NCBI RefSeq assembly: GCF_000092105.1
Contig: NC_014148.1
Location: 600,001 to 632,000, forward strand
DNA length: 32,000 nt
From: Planctopirus limnophila DSM 3776
GTDB lineage: Bacteria; Planctomycetota; Planctomycetia; Planctomycetales; Planctomycetaceae
Direction of reading: 5' to 3'
The notes under the pieces are model-generated. The model saw only the letters and a list, made by a program, of their open reading frames with translations, had not been told where the DNA came from and made no database searches. Within the stretch, counting starts at the first letter, position 1. Every line of letters begins with the position of its first letter. Position numbers and translations under genes: made by a program. This document shows, in pieces, positions 1 through 10,820 of this stretch.

Positions 1-1
1 C

Positions 2-1336
2 GAGAAGTACACGATTCCGAACGGGGCGACTCTGCAGGTTGCCGAAAACGAAGTCATTGAAGCGGGCCAGATTCTCTGCTCGTGGGATCCTCACTCAGTA
101 CCGATCCTCTGCGAAGTGGGTGGTAAGGTGCGGTTCGAAGATTTGATCGAGGGTCAGACTGTTCGCTCTGAAACCGATCGCATGGGTAACATTCGTAAGA
201 CGATCATCGAACATAAGGGTGATCGTCATCCGCAGATTGTGCTGGAAGACAGTGCTGGTAAAATTCTGGACTTCTACTACCTGCCTGAAAGGGCGACAGT
301 GGAAGTTCTCGAAGGCCAGCAAGTGGCCGCCGGTTCGATTCTGGCGAAGAACCCCCGCGAATCGATGGGTACGCAGGACATCACCGGTGGTCTGCCCCGA
401 GTTACTGAACTATTCGAAGCCCGTAAGCCTAAAGAACCTGCCATTATCTCTGAGATTGATGGCGAAGTAGAACTGGTGGCTGAGAAGAAACGCGGCAAGC
501 GAATCATCAAGGTCAAGGGTGTTGACGGGACCGAACGTGAACACATTATTCCCCATGGTAAGCAACTGCTGGTTCACTCAGGTGAGCAGGTGAAAGCCGG
601 GGATGCCCTTGTTCGCGGACCACTGGTGCCTCACGACATTCTGGCAGTCAGTGGCGAAGAAGCAGTCCATGCCTATTTGCTGCATGAAATCCAGAACGTA
701 TACCGCTCACAGCGTGTGGTCATCGACGACAAGCACATTGAATTGGTCGTTGCCCAGATGCTGCGAAAGGTTCGTGTGGATGATGTCGGTGATACGACAT
801 TGCTGCCAGGCGTGCTGATTGACCGGTTTGAATTCCGCAAGATTAATCAGAAGCTTCAGCAGTGTGGCCGAGTGACCGATCCTGGTGACTCAGAATTCCA
901 TAAGGACGACATTGTCCCGCTGGAAACGATTGCTCAAGTGAACGAAGAAATTGAAGCTTCCGGCGGGCAGCCGATTGCGACGGCCAAGCCACGACCAGCG
1001 TCTGCCAGTACACAATTGCTGGGGATTACGAAGGCCGCTGTGCAGAGCGAAAGCTTCCTGTCGGCAGCCAGTTTCCAGGAAACGACCAAGGTGCTCACGG
1101 AGGCTGCCATCGCCGGTAAGTCCGATTACCTTGTGGGTTTGAAGGAAAACGTGATTCTTGGCCACCTGATTCCCGCAGGAACTGGCTTCAAGCTTCATCA
1201 GAAGTCTGAGGTTCGAATTCGGCCGGAAGCTCTCGCGGAGTTGACTGCCGAAAGAGACAGGATTCTGGCCGCCCGGGCAAACTTGCTCAACGAACCAGAG
1301 ATTTCGCCCAACAGTGGGCTGGGGCGTCTCGAATAA
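2..1336 (+). CDS. rpoC: DNA-directed RNA polymerase subunit beta' (C-terminal part, 5' end outside window)
   Basis: The frame of ORF 116..1336 stays open back to the window edge (EKYTIPNGATLQVAENEV...). The translation carries conserved beta' C-terminal text (GGLPRVTELFEARKPK; LLGITKAAVQSESFLSAASFQETTKVLTEAAI; LKENVILGHLIPAGTG). Confidence 0.95.
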   Translation, partial: EKYTIPNGATLQVAENEVIEAGQILCSWDPHSVPILCEVGGKVRFEDLIEGQTVRSETDRMGNIRKTIIEHKGDRHPQIVLEDSAGKILDFYYLPERATVEVLEGQQVAAGSILAKNPRESMGTQDITGGLPRVTELFEARKPKEPAIISEIDGEVELVAEKKRGKRIIKVKGVDGTEREHIIPHGKQLLVHSGEQVKAGDALVRGPLVPHDILAVSGEEAVHAYLLHEIQNVYRSQRVVIDDKHIELVVAQMLRKVRVDDVGDTTLLPGVLIDRFEFRKINQKLQQCGRVTDPGDSEFHKDDIVPLETIAQVNEEIEASGGQPIATAKPRPASASTQLLGITKAAVQSESFLSAASFQETTKVLTEAAIAGKSDYLVGLKENVILGHLIPAGTGFKLHQKSEVRIRPEALAELTAERDRILAARANLLNEPEISPNSGLGRLE

Positions 1337-1373
1337 ATCCCTGAGAAGACGCAGGGACTGATTGAGTGGTGTG

Positions 1374-1411
1374 AAGCAGAGAGAGAAACGAGGAGTCGCC
1401 TCTCTCTGCTT
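1374..1411 (+). terminator. Hairpin downstream of rpoC (possible terminator or processing site)
   Basis: 12-bp perfect stem AAGCAGAGAGAG / CTCTCTCTGCTT with a 14-nt loop, 38 nt after the rpoC stop. No clear U-tract follows. Confidence 0.35.
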
Positions 1412-1657
1412 GAATTCTGGTTCATGTGCACTGGCACGGAGCCAGGCGTGAGAACCAACTGAAAGTCGGGTTCGTGACTCGGTTAGGTTGAACTCTCAAC
1501 AGCCGTACGTTATCCTTTTCGACTTTCCAGAGAAACTTATCCGCTCGCAGACATGTTCATTCGGTCTTTTGAGTCCGTAAGTTGTTATCTGGTAAGCACA
1601 TACAAATAGTTCTTGTTGATGCGGCAGATGTCTGCAGCCTGATGGACAGATTGATTT

Positions 1658-2029
1658 ATGCCTACGATTAACCAGCTCGTTCGCAAACCACGCGTGAAGC
1701 AACCTAACCGGACCAAGTCACCGGTACTTGAGGCTTGTCCACAAAAGCGTGGTGTGTGTCTGATGGTGAAGACGATGACTCCTAAAAAGCCAAACTCGGC
1801 TTTGCGGAAGATTGCTCGTGTTCGCCTCTCTAATGGAAAAGAAATTACAGCCTACATCCCTGGTGAAGGGCACAACCTGCAGGAGCACTCGATTGTGCTC
1901 GTGCGCGGTGGTCGTGTTCGCGACTTGCCGGGTGTTCGCTACAAGATCATCCGCGGTGTGCTTGATACTCTGGGTGTGAACAATCGTAAGCAGGCTCGCA
2001 GTCGTTACGGTACCAAGCGGCCTAAGTAG
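1658..2029 (+). CDS. rpsL: 30S ribosomal protein S12
   Basis: 123 aa, [12 protein letters not shown]...[10 protein letters not shown]...[17 protein letters not shown]. Canonical S12 sequence and position after rpoC. Confidence 0.97.
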   Translation: MPTINQLVRKPRVKQPNRTKSPVLEACPQKRGVCLMVKTMTPKKPNSALRKIARVRLSNGKEITAYIPGEGHNLQEHSIVLVRGGRVRDLPGVRYKIIRGVLDTLGVNNRKQARSRYGTKRPK

Positions 2030-2158
2030 GCGATCATTGAGGGCGGATGTTCTCTATCACAGTTTTTTGTGAGATGCGTCTGCCTTGTTGTGGTGGTCAG
2101 AGATTGTCAGTCGGTAAACATCAGCTTGTTTTCGTCTTGCTAAACGTTTGAGAGATTT

Positions 2159-2632
2159 ATGGCCAGTAAATTTACAGCCAGTGCTGATCAACTTAAGCCC
2201 GATACCCGTTATGGTTCCCGTCTGGCTTCCAAGTTCATCAATTGCCTGATGCACGATGGTAAGAAGAGTGTCGCAGAAGGCGTCTTTTACGATGCTCTGG
2301 ATATCATTGCCGAGAAGATTCCCGATCGCAGCCCGATTGAGATCTTTACCACGGCTGTTGATAACTGCCGTCCCAACGTCGAAGTTCGCTCGCGTCGCGT
2401 GGGTGGTGCCAACTACCAGGTGCCGACTCAGGTGAAGCCCAAGCGTCAGCAGACATTGGCGATTCGCTGGATTCTGGCTGCTTGTCGTGGCAAGAAGGGT
2501 CGCCCTATGCACCGTAAGCTTGCTGAAGAGTTTATGGCCGCCTTCCGTCGTGAAGGTGCTGCTGTCACTTACCGTGAAAACGTGCACCGCATGGCCGATG
2601 CCAACAAGGCTTTCGCTCACTTTGCTAACTAA
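2159..2632 (+). CDS. rpsG: 30S ribosomal protein S7
   Basis: 157 aa with S7 motifs ([17 protein letters not shown]; [16 protein letters not shown]; NKAFAHF), directly after rpsL. Confidence 0.96.
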   Translation: MASKFTASADQLKPDTRYGSRLASKFINCLMHDGKKSVAEGVFYDALDIIAEKIPDRSPIEIFTTAVDNCRPNVEVRSRRVGGANYQVPTQVKPKRQQTLAIRWILAACRGKKGRPMHRKLAEEFMAAFRREGAAVTYRENVHRMADANKAFAHFAN

Positions 2633-2705
2633 TTTCCGACTGTTACTGGTTGGAAGCTGAGTTCAAGTGTTGCACTCTGGCTGTTCAGCCGGCTACTGAT
2701 TTGAA

Positions 2706-2742
2706 GTGCGGCGTGATAATCGATCACGCCGCACTTTTTTTT
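2706..2742 (+). terminator. Rho-independent terminator/attenuator between rpsG and fusA
   Basis: Stem GTGCGGCGTGAT / ATCACGCCGCAC (12 bp, GC-rich), 5-nt loop AATCG, immediately followed by T8. Confidence 0.8.
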
Positions 2743-2863
2743 CGGATCCATCGTCTTCACTCAGTGAGTTGTTCGAGAGCGTCTGTCAGATCAAACTGAG
2801 TGGCTGACTGCTGGAGGTTTATTTTGAACCTCGCGTTGGCTGCTGGAGAGAGGAAAACGGGTC

Positions 2864-4939
2864 ATGATTCGTGACATTTCATCAATTCGCAACATTGGCA
2901 TTATTGCTCATATCGATGCAGGCAAAACGACCACTACCGAGCGCATCCTGTTCTATGCAGGCGAAATTCATAACCCTGGAAATGTGGATGATGGAAATAC
3001 CGTGACGGACTTTGATCCCGAGGAAGCTCAGCGGGGGATCACGATCTACTCGGCAGCCATCAGCTGCTCCTGGCGCGGTTGTTCTATCAACATTATTGAT
3101 ACTCCCGGGCACGTGGACTTTACTGCGGAAGTCCAGCGCAGCCTGCGGGTCCTTGATGGTGGCGTGGTCGTCTTCAGTGCGGTGGAAGGTGTCGAGGCTC
3201 AAAGCGAGACAGTCTGGCGCCAAGCGGATGGATTTAAGGTTCCGCGCATCTGCTTCATTAACAAGCTGGATCGGATCGGGGCTAATTTCGAGCGTGTGAT
3301 TGGTCAGATCACCGAGCGATTGCAGGGCGTTCCGTTAGTTCTTTCAATTCCTATCGGGAGTGGGCCAGCTACGAATTCTGACGGATTTACGGGGATCGTG
3401 GATCTGTTGCGAATGGAAGCGGTTTACTTTGATAAAGAGTCGAAGGGGAGGGAGATTCGCCGTGAGCCGATCCCTGCCGCCTGTCAGGATCTGGCGGATG
3501 ATTATCGCGTTCGGCTCATCGAGAGCGTAGCCATGCTCGATGACGATGTTTTTGCCGTGTATGACGAAACCGGGGATATTCCACTGGCCGATTTGAATCG
3601 TCTGATTCGTCAAGGCACGATCACGGGTCAGTTTCAGCCTCTATTGTGTGGGGCTTCACTGGATTACATCGGTGTGCAGCCGATTCTGGATGCTGTGGTG
3701 GATTATCTGCCCAGTCCACTGGATGTCCCGCCGGTGGAAGGTCGGCATCCGAAAAAAGAGAACATTGAAGTTCGCAAGCCGAATGAAAATGAACCATTCG
3801 CTGGCCTGGTCTTCAAAGTCCAGGTCGACGAGCATTCGGAGTTGTACTTCGTAAGGGTCTATTCGGGAGTGTTAAAAAGCCGCTCGCGAATGCTCAATCC
3901 TCGTACTGGCGAGAAAGAACTGATCAGCCAGTTATGGAAAATGCAGGCCGACTCCCGGGTGAAGCTCGATGAGGCGGGCGCTGGCGATATTGTGGGGGTC
4001 GTGGGGCCGAAGAGTTCTGTAACAGGGGACACTCTGTGTGAAGCGAATCAGCCGATTCTTCTGGAGTCAATCACATTCCCTGAGACTGTGATTTCGATGG
4101 CCATTGAGCCTGAGACGAGTGCTGATCGCAAAAAACTCGAAGAGACACTCAAGCTGCTGGCCAAGCAGGATCCCACATTCCGTGCGAAAGTCAGTGAAGA
4201 GACCGGCCAGACAATTGTCAGCGGCATGGGGGAATTGCACCTCGAAATTATCAGTAAACGGATGGAGCGTGACTTCCATCTGAAAATGAGAATTCATAAG
4301 CCTCGGGTAACCTATCGCGAAACGATCTGTAAAGCGGTGGAGTTTGAAGAAGTCTTTGAGCGGCAGGCGGGGGCGACATCGCTTTATGCGCTGATCAAGC
4401 TGCGGGCTGAACCTCTGGAGGGTGCTCAGTCCGTTGTGGTTGAAAACAAAATGAAACCTGGGGCATTCCCGGCCGAGTTGACTCAGGTGTTGATTCAGGC
4501 CATGAACGACGAATCCAAAAGTGGTGGAACGGTCGGTTATCCACTGATGAACATGAAGTTGCAGGTGCTGGGAGCCGGTTTTCGCGAAGGGGAAACCAAC
4601 GAAATCGCCGTTCGGGCTGCAGCGTCCAGTGCCGTGAGAAGAGTCCTTGATGAGGCGGGGGTAATGCTTCTGGAGCCTGTGATGAAGCTGGAAGTTGTTA
4701 CACCCAATGACTTTGTCGGGAATGTCACAGCCGATTTAAACTCCCGGCGTGCCTCGATTCTGAATACCGGGCTCAGAGGCAATCTGGTTGTGATTGAGGC
4801 GGAGGTTCCACTCTCGGGAATGTTTGGCTATTCGACCCAGGTGCGCAGTCTTTCGCAGGGGCGTGCCTCCTATTCCATGGAGCCACTGCGATTTGCGCCA
4901 GCCCCAGATTCCGTACTCAAAACAATGCTGGGTGAATGA
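2864..4939 (+). CDS. fusA: Translation elongation factor G
   Basis: 691 aa. G1 motif AHIDAGKTT, DTPGHVDF, NKLDR, and EF-G domains IV/V text (GELHLEI; RVTYRETI). Confidence 0.95.
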   Translation: MIRDISSIRNIGIIAHIDAGKTTTTERILFYAGEIHNPGNVDDGNTVTDFDPEEAQRGITIYSAAISCSWRGCSINIIDTPGHVDFTAEVQRSLRVLDGGVVVFSAVEGVEAQSETVWRQADGFKVPRICFINKLDRIGANFERVIGQITERLQGVPLVLSIPIGSGPATNSDGFTGIVDLLRMEAVYFDKESKGREIRREPIPAACQDLADDYRVRLIESVAMLDDDVFAVYDETGDIPLADLNRLIRQGTITGQFQPLLCGASLDYIGVQPILDAVVDYLPSPLDVPPVEGRHPKKENIEVRKPNENEPFAGLVFKVQVDEHSELYFVRVYSGVLKSRSRMLNPRTGEKELISQLWKMQADSRVKLDEAGAGDIVGVVGPKSSVTGDTLCEANQPILLESITFPETVISMAIEPETSADRKKLEETLKLLAKQDPTFRAKVSEETGQTIVSGMGELHLEIISKRMERDFHLKMRIHKPRVTYRETICKAVEFEEVFERQAGATSLYALIKLRAEPLEGAQSVVVENKMKPGAFPAELTQVLIQAMNDESKSGGTVGYPLMNMKLQVLGAGFREGETNEIAVRAAASSAVRRVLDEAGVMLLEPVMKLEVVTPNDFVGNVTADLNSRRASILNTGLRGNLVVIEAEVPLSGMFGYSTQVRSLSQGRASYSMEPLRFAPAPDSVLKTMLGE

Positions 4940-5112
4940 AGTCTCCGTTTCATCTCCGTATTTGAGCGTTTGGAACCAAAGCGAAAGAACTGTCAATCCC
5001 GGTTGATTGACATTCAAGGGTGGTGAATTTAGAATCTTCGCTCCGTCCATGAGTTCGCTTCTTGGATCGCTCATTGAAAAACGCGTAAGTTGCTGGCTGA
5101 AGGGAAGTTCGA

Positions 5113-5439
5113 GTGGTTGGTCAGAAGCAGGAAAAGATTCGTATCCGAATGGAAGCCTACGATCATTCGGTTCTCGATCTGTCGGCAAGCGAAATCGTGG
5201 ATACCGCAAAACGGACCGGAGCCATCGTTCATGGACCGATTCCGCTTCCAACTCGAATTGAGCGGTACACTGTGTTGCGGTCTCCGCACATTGACCGTAA
5301 GTCTCGAGAGCAGTTCGAGATTCGTACACACAAGCGATTGATTGATATTATTCAACCGACTGGCAAAACGATTGACGCGCTGAATAAGCTGTCTCTCCCT
5401 GCCGGTGTGGATGTGAAGATTAAGGCGACAGCCAGCTAA
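5113..5439 (+). CDS. rpsJ: 30S ribosomal protein S10
   Basis: 108 aa with a GTG start, [16 protein letters not shown]...[25 protein letters not shown]. Head of the S10 operon. Confidence 0.95.
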   Translation: MVGQKQEKIRIRMEAYDHSVLDLSASEIVDTAKRTGAIVHGPIPLPTRIERYTVLRSPHIDRKSREQFEIRTHKRLIDIIQPTGKTIDALNKLSLPAGVDVKIKATAS

Positions 5440-5557
5440 GTTTTGCCTTGGCGTCGCGATAGATTCGGTTTGATACGTTGATTTGTTCGGATGATGTCCG
5501 CATTGCCAGGCTCTGGCGATGGCGATGAACAGTCCGCTAGGTTTTAAGGTGTTCGGT

Positions 5558-6256
5558 ATGTCGTGCGGATTGTTAGGTCGCAAAGTTGGTATGACTCAGG
5601 TCTTTACCCCTCAAGGTGAAGCGATTCCTGTGACCGTCATTGAGTGTGGTCCCTGTGTCGTGCTCCAGATTCGCACTGTTGAGCGTGATGGCTACTCAGC
5701 GGTTCAGTTGGGGTTTTCTGATAAGCCTCGTCGCCTCGCATCTCGCTCAGAGCGAGGGCATGTGGCTGCGATTGATAGCAAGAGGCGAAAGTCGCTTGCT
5801 GCCGCTGGTGTGGCACTTGCGGAAAAGGCGGATTGCGAACCCAAGCGATTCGTTCGAGAGTTTCGCGTCACCCCCGAAGAGGCCTCCGCTTTTACTGTTG
5901 GTCAGGTGCTGACGGTCTCCCAGATCTTTGGTGAAGTGAAGCACGTTGATGTGGTGGGGACTTCGAAGGGTCGCGGGTTTGCCGGTGTTATGAAGCGGCA
6001 TAACTTCCACGGTACTTGTGCGAGCCATGGTGTTAAGAAGGTGCACCGCTCTGGTGGGTCAACTGGTCAGAGTACGGATCCGGGTAAGGTCTTCAAAGGA
6101 ACGAAGATGCCCGGGCACTACGGCGATGCTCAGGTCACTGTCCGTCGGCTCCAGGTTGTGAGAGCTGATGATGAAAATAATGTGCTGCTGGTACGCGGCG
6201 CAGTTCCTGGTTATAGCGGCGGGTTTGTGCGAGTGCGGAAGACGAACTGTAAGTAG
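5558..6256 (+). CDS. rplC: 50S ribosomal protein L3
   Basis: The ORF opens at 5519, but the ATG at 5558 (MSCGLLGRKVGMTQVF) matches the usual L3 N-terminus. The exact start is uncertain. Confidence 0.93.
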   Translation: MSCGLLGRKVGMTQVFTPQGEAIPVTVIECGPCVVLQIRTVERDGYSAVQLGFSDKPRRLASRSERGHVAAIDSKRRKSLAAAGVALAEKADCEPKRFVREFRVTPEEASAFTVGQVLTVSQIFGEVKHVDVVGTSKGRGFAGVMKRHNFHGTCASHGVKKVHRSGGSTGQSTDPGKVFKGTKMPGHYGDAQVTVRRLQVVRADDENNVLLVRGAVPGYSGGFVRVRKTNCK

Positions 6257-6326
6257 GTTCTTCCCTCGTGCCTTTGCCTGATTGAGTCAGCGTCTCTTTT
6301 GTTTTGCATAGTAAAGACATTCAATT

Positions 6327-6956
6327 ATGATCAGTCTTCCAATTCATACATCGACGGGTGAGGCGACGGGTCGCAACTACGAGTTTGATCCAGCGGAGCT
6401 GGCAGACAGTATCAATAAGCAGTTGCTTCACGATGCTGTGGTGATGTATCAGGCCAATTTGCGGCAGGGAACGTTTAAATCCAAAAGCCGAGCAGAGATT
6501 GCGGGAAGTAAGCAGAAGCTGTTCAAACAGAAGGGGACAGGTCGCGCCCGCCAGGGGAACAAGCGACAGCCAGTCCGTCGTGGCGGTGGACATGCTTTCG
6601 CAAAGCGTCCGACAGATTTCAGCTATCGTTTGCCTCGCAAGGCTTTGCAGTTGGCAACTCGGATGGCGCTGCTCGGTAAGTTCCAGGACAACGAAGTCAC
6701 AATTATTGAGTCGCTTGCCCTTGAGGCTCCTAAGACCAAGGTCGTGGCAAGTTTGTTGAATAAGCTGGGTCTTGAGTCGAAGGGTTGTCTCATCAGTATT
6801 CCTTCACACGACTCAAATGTCTGGAAGTCTGCCCGCAACATTCCCAAGGTTGGTGTTTCGCCAGCTGCCGGGCTTAATGCTTATCAGTTGCTGCTCCGTA
6901 AGCAGCTGGTTGTCACAACTGATGCGTTGGATTTATTGAGAAAGCCGGCACAGTAG
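6327..6956 (+). CDS. rplD: 50S ribosomal protein L4
   Basis: 209 aa, KQKGTGRARQG..RQP..RGGGHAF motif; operon position. Confidence 0.94.
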   Translation: MISLPIHTSTGEATGRNYEFDPAELADSINKQLLHDAVVMYQANLRQGTFKSKSRAEIAGSKQKLFKQKGTGRARQGNKRQPVRRGGGHAFAKRPTDFSYRLPRKALQLATRMALLGKFQDNEVTIIESLALEAPKTKVVASLLNKLGLESKGCLISIPSHDSNVWKSARNIPKVGVSPAAGLNAYQLLLRKQLVVTTDALDLLRKPAQ

Positions 6957-7021
6957 TTTTATAGGGCATGTTTCGATTGAGATGAGGCTGGTAGCGGTTC
7001 TGGCGGGTAAGGAAGTTTGTT

Positions 7022-7330
7022 ATGGCCATTGTTCCTAAGTCTGGTGTAGTGCTCGAGTCATATCAGGTGATCCTGAAGCCGCTCATTACGGAAAAGGGAA
7101 CTTATCTTTCGTCTAAGCGTAATGCCTACACGTTCCAGGTGAATCCGCTGGCCACGAAATTTGATATCAAGAAGGCTGTTGAAGAGCTTTTTTCAGTTAA
7201 GGTTGAGAAGGTTCGCACTCAGAATCGAGTTGGTAAGCCACGTCGGCATCGTATGAAGCTGGGTTATAGATCTGCCTGGAAGAAGGCAATTGTGACTCTC
7301 AACAATGACGACCGCATTGCTTTCTTTTAG
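7022..7330 (+). CDS. rplW: 50S ribosomal protein L23
   Basis: 102 aa, ILKPLITEKGT...YTFQV...ATKFDIKKAVEELF.VKV; operon position. Confidence 0.94.
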   Translation: MAIVPKSGVVLESYQVILKPLITEKGTYLSSKRNAYTFQVNPLATKFDIKKAVEELFSVKVEKVRTQNRVGKPRRHRMKLGYRSAWKKAIVTLNNDDRIAFF

Positions 7331-7418
7331 GTCTTAGTTATTGATATTTGTGGTTGATTGAAATCGAGTCGATTTTGTCCCGCTGACTCACGTTCATTTG
7401 AGTTGTTGGAATTGAATT

Positions 7419-8279
7419 ATGGGTGTCCGTTTTTACAAGCCCACAAGTGCCGGTCGTCGCGGTGGCATGGTCAGTGATTTCTCCGAAATCACCGATCGTA
7501 AGAAGAAGCCTGAGAAGTCTCTTGTAGTCCCTTACAAGAAGACCGGTGGTCGCAACTTCCAGGGCAAAATCACCAGTCGGCATATTGGTGGCGGCCATAA
7601 AAAGATGTACCGCCTGATTGACTTCAAGCGGAATAAGGACAACGTCACGGGAGTCGTGACACACATCGAATACGATCCTAACCGAACATGCCGTATTGCT
7701 CTCGTGCAGTATGAAGATGGCGAGAAGCGATATATCCTTGCTCCTGAAGGTCTGGCGGCGGGTTCCAAGATCATGAGTGCGAACGACGGCCTGGAGCCGA
7801 TCGTTGGCAATTGCATGCCCTTGGAGAAGATCCCCACGGGAACGTCTGTTCATAATGTCGAATTGCAGCCTGGTCGTGGCGGGCAGCTTTGTCGCAGTGC
7901 GGGTGTTTCCGCAGTTGTGAATGCTCGTGAGTCGGGTTGGGCTCAGATTACATTGCCCTCAGGTGAAGTGCGCCGCGTGCCGTCATCATGCAGGGCTACC
8001 ATTGGTGTGCTCGGTAATGGTGAGCACATGAACATTGTTATCGGGAAAGCTGGTCGTGTTCGCTGGATGGGCAAGCGGCCCTACGTTCGCGGCAGTGCCA
8101 TGAATCCGATTGCTCACCCGATGGGTGGTGGTGAAGGTCGCCGTTCTGGTGGCCGTCACCCAGTCAGTCCGACTGGAAAGTTGGCCAAGGGTGGACGGAC
8201 TCGTAATCCTCGGAAGACCAGCCGTAACGCAATTGTTCGCCGTCGTAAGTCTGTGCGTTATGGTCAGTTGAAGCTTTGA
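7419..8279 (+). CDS. rplB: 50S ribosomal protein L2
   Basis: 286 aa, [22 protein letters not shown]-like text, [16 protein letters not shown]. Confidence 0.96.
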   Translation: MGVRFYKPTSAGRRGGMVSDFSEITDRKKKPEKSLVVPYKKTGGRNFQGKITSRHIGGGHKKMYRLIDFKRNKDNVTGVVTHIEYDPNRTCRIALVQYEDGEKRYILAPEGLAAGSKIMSANDGLEPIVGNCMPLEKIPTGTSVHNVELQPGRGGQLCRSAGVSAVVNARESGWAQITLPSGEVRRVPSSCRATIGVLGNGEHMNIVIGKAGRVRWMGKRPYVRGSAMNPIAHPMGGGEGRRSGGRHPVSPTGKLAKGGRTRNPRKTSRNAIVRRRKSVRYGQLKL

Positions 8280-8342
8280 TTTGAATGATTTTGATCGGCT
8301 TGAGTTAACTGTTCGTGTTTGTGTGCAATAGGGTATACGTGA

Positions 8343-8612
8343 ATGAGTCGTTCATCGAAAAAGGGCCCGTACGTCGATGAAAAGCTTCTCAAGAAGATTG
8401 AGAAGTTAGTCGTCGCCGGCAAGAAAGAACCCATTAAGACCTGGGCTCGTCGCTCCACAATCAGCCCTGAGTTTGTGGGACATACCTTTCTTGTTCACAA
8501 TGGCAAGCAACATCTTTCGGTCTATGTGACAGAAGAGATGGTCGGTCATAAGCTGGGTGAATTCTCCCTGACGCGTATCTTCCGTGGTCACGGTGGCAAG
8601 GGTAACAAGTAG
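8343..8612 (+). CDS. rpsS: 30S ribosomal protein S19
   Basis: 89 aa, [17 protein letters not shown]...[24 protein letters not shown]. Confidence 0.96.
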   Translation: MSRSSKKGPYVDEKLLKKIEKLVVAGKKEPIKTWARRSTISPEFVGHTFLVHNGKQHLSVYVTEEMVGHKLGEFSLTRIFRGHGGKGNK

Positions 8613-8658
8613 AATTGTTGCTTTGAAGTGTTAATGGATTTCGTCTTTTAGGTGGATC

Positions 8659-9012
8659 ATGCGTTACCAGGCTGTTCACAAATTCGCTCGTATTGCACCA
8701 ACCAAGGTTCGTCATCTCGCGGATCTGATTCGTGGGCAGTTTGCTGGGCAGGGTTTAACGACCCTCAGGTACATGCCTCATCGTGGTGCGAGAATGCTCG
8801 AGAAAGTCTTGAGTAGCGCTATTGCCAATGCTGAAGATCGGGGAGAAAGAGTGCCCGAGTCTCTCAGAATTATTGAGTGCAAGGTGGATGGCGGTCCGAT
8901 GTTCAAGCGGATTCAGCCTCACGCTCGTGGAATGGGGTTTGTGATTCGCAAGCGTTTCTCTCATATCACGATCGCTATTGGATCGATTGAAAGTCCAGTC
9001 GCTGGTCAGTAG
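8659..9012 (+). CDS. rplV: 50S ribosomal protein L22
   Basis: 117 aa, ARIAPTKVRHLADLIRG...ANAE...VDGGPMFKRIQPHARG. Confidence 0.94.
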   Translation: MRYQAVHKFARIAPTKVRHLADLIRGQFAGQGLTTLRYMPHRGARMLEKVLSSAIANAEDRGERVPESLRIIECKVDGGPMFKRIQPHARGMGFVIRKRFSHITIAIGSIESPVAGQ

Positions 9013-9140
9013 TATTGCCGCTTCAGGCTATATGTCTCCCGGTGGTGGATGTCGTTTGTTTTTGAAATCAATTGCAGGGTAATTTGCCGATTTGGTGAAG
9101 CATCAGGATGGTTTCCATCCGTCAGAAGGGTAGACCAGCA

Positions 9141-9842
9141 ATGGGTCAGAAGGTTCGGCCAACAGGCTTTCGAGTGGGGATAGTCGAAGACTGGCGAAGT
9201 CGTTGGTACGCGACCAAGAAGGAATTTGGTGATCTGCTCATCGAGGATCAGAAGATCCGGCGATTTATCAAGACAAAGTATGAGTTTGCCGGAATACCAA
9301 GGATCGAGATCGAACGAACCCGTGATCAGGTGATTGTCCATCTGCATACGGCTCGTCCTGGTATCATCATTGGTAAGAAGGGCCAGGAAGTTGATCGTTT
9401 GAAGGCCGAGCTTGAAGACCTGACGGGTCGTCGGATGGAGCTCAAGATTGTCGAAATTCATCAGCCGCATCGCAGTGCGGTTCTGGTGGCAGAGGATATT
9501 GCACAGCAGCTTGTGAAGCGTGGTAGTTTTCGTCGCGTGATGAAGAGATCACTGGATCAGGTGATGGAGTCAGGTGTTGAGGGGATCAAAATCGAGATGA
9601 ATGGTCGTCTTGGGGGGGCTGAAATGTCCCGCACCGAAAAGGCGATCCGAGGCTCGATTCCTCTTTCAACTCTGCAGAAGCACATCGATTATGGTCTTGC
9701 GATTGCTAAGACCACAATGGGTGTCATTGGCGTTAAGGTGTGGATCGACTTGGGCGAATATCGTAACGAGGAAGAGAGCTATGGCGCTGATGCCCAAGCG
9801 GGTCAAGCACCGCAAAGAGCAAAGAGGTCGCGTAAAAGGTAA
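9141..9842 (+). CDS. rpsC: 30S ribosomal protein S3
   Basis: The ORF opens at 9108. The ATG at 9141 ([13 protein letters not shown]) is the canonical S3 N-terminus. KH-domain text is present ([12 protein letters not shown]). Confidence 0.94.
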   Translation: MGQKVRPTGFRVGIVEDWRSRWYATKKEFGDLLIEDQKIRRFIKTKYEFAGIPRIEIERTRDQVIVHLHTARPGIIIGKKGQEVDRLKAELEDLTGRRMELKIVEIHQPHRSAVLVAEDIAQQLVKRGSFRRVMKRSLDQVMESGVEGIKIEMNGRLGGAEMSRTEKAIRGSIPLSTLQKHIDYGLAIAKTTMGVIGVKVWIDLGEYRNEEESYGADAQAGQAPQRAKRSRKR

Positions 9843-10200
9843 TGCGACTCGCGGCATCGAGGTGTCGTTTGGCGACTGGGGTCTGCAGGTTCTTGAGCCT
9901 GGACACATTCGCGGAACAACTATCGAGGCCTGTCGTATTGCTGCAACGCAATATGTTCGTGGTGAAGGTAAGCTTTACATTCGAATTTTTCCGAACAAGC
10001 CTGTCACAGCGCGTCCTTTAGAGACTCGTATGGGTACAGGTAAGGGTGAACCAGACCACTGGGTGGCTGTGGTTCGACCTGGGAAAATTTTGTTTGAACT
10101 GGCTGGTGTTTCGGAGGAAGCAGCCCGCGAGTGTTTCGCTCGTGTGGCTTACAAGCTCCCTTTGAAGGTCAGGCTGGTTGGGCGCACGATTAAGGTTTGA
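9781..10200 (+). CDS. rplP: 50S ribosomal protein L16
   Basis: Internal ATGs at 9781 and 9790 give [16 protein letters not shown], the canonical L16 N-terminus. The gene overlaps the rpsC 3' end by about 53-62 nt in another frame. Confidence 0.92.
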   Translation: MALMPKRVKHRKEQRGRVKGNATRGIEVSFGDWGLQVLEPGHIRGTTIEACRIAATQYVRGEGKLYIRIFPNKPVTARPLETRMGTGKGEPDHWVAVVRPGKILFELAGVSEEAARECFARVAYKLPLKVRLVGRTIKV

Positions 10201-10249
10201 TGCTGTGTTTCGCACAGTTATTGGTTTTGAGAGTTTTGTTTGAGGTGAA

Positions 10250-10459
10250 ATGCAGATCATGACAAGTGCCCGTAATCTTCGTGAGATGTCTGCTGAACAA
10301 TTGCAGTTTCAGTTGGATGAAGCGCAGAAGGCATTGTTTGACCTGCGTTGCAAGGCAGCATCCGAGAAGTTGGAAACTCCCAGTCTTGTTCGTCGAGCCC
10401 GACGGGAGATAGCTCGTATTAAGACGGTTCTGCGTCTGCAGGAACTGGCAAAGGTCTAA
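10250..10459 (+). CDS. rpmC: 50S ribosomal protein L29
   Basis: 69 aa (alternative ATG at 10259), LREMSAEQLQFQLDEAQKALFDLRCKAA; operon position. Confidence 0.9.
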   Translation: MQIMTSARNLREMSAEQLQFQLDEAQKALFDLRCKAASEKLETPSLVRRARREIARIKTVLRLQELAKV

Positions 10460-10494
10460 ATTTTTGTCCTGCAGATTCGCAGACGGAGTGATAG

Positions 10495-10758
10495 ATGCGT
10501 AAGACAGTCATCGGTGTTGTAACAGGCGATAAGGCGAGTAAAACCCGCCGAGTGGAAGTTGAAAGAATTTTTAAGCATCCGAAGTATGGTAAGACAGTTC
10601 GCCGTCGAACTGTTTGCCATGCCCATGACGAGAATAATGTTTCTCGCCTGGGTGACACAGTTGAGATCATTGAGAGTCGACCCATGTCCGCCCTCAAAAG
10701 GTGGGCTCTTGTCTCGGTCGTCAAAACAGCATTGCCCACGTCGAGCGATGCTTCCTGA
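10495..10758 (+). CDS. rpsQ: 30S ribosomal protein S17
   Basis: 87 aa, RKTVIGVVTGDKASKTRRVEVERIFKHPKYGKTVRR...HAHDE. Confidence 0.94.
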   Translation: MRKTVIGVVTGDKASKTRRVEVERIFKHPKYGKTVRRRTVCHAHDENNVSRLGDTVEIIESRPMSALKRWALVSVVKTALPTSSDAS

Positions 10759-10820
10759 TTTTTGCTGTGACAGTTGTGCGATTTAAATTAGTGGCTGCGT
10801 GATTTAAGCGAGTTGATGTC

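Noticed and set aside
2057-2620. Long antisense or out-of-frame ORFs inside conserved genes (for example 2057..2620 -, 4736..5329 -, 7338..7853 -, 15154..16032 -, 17251..17760 -, 24880..25503 +)
   Set aside because: Each overlaps a confidently identified ribosomal, secY or rsr gene on the other strand or in another frame, and has no independent support.
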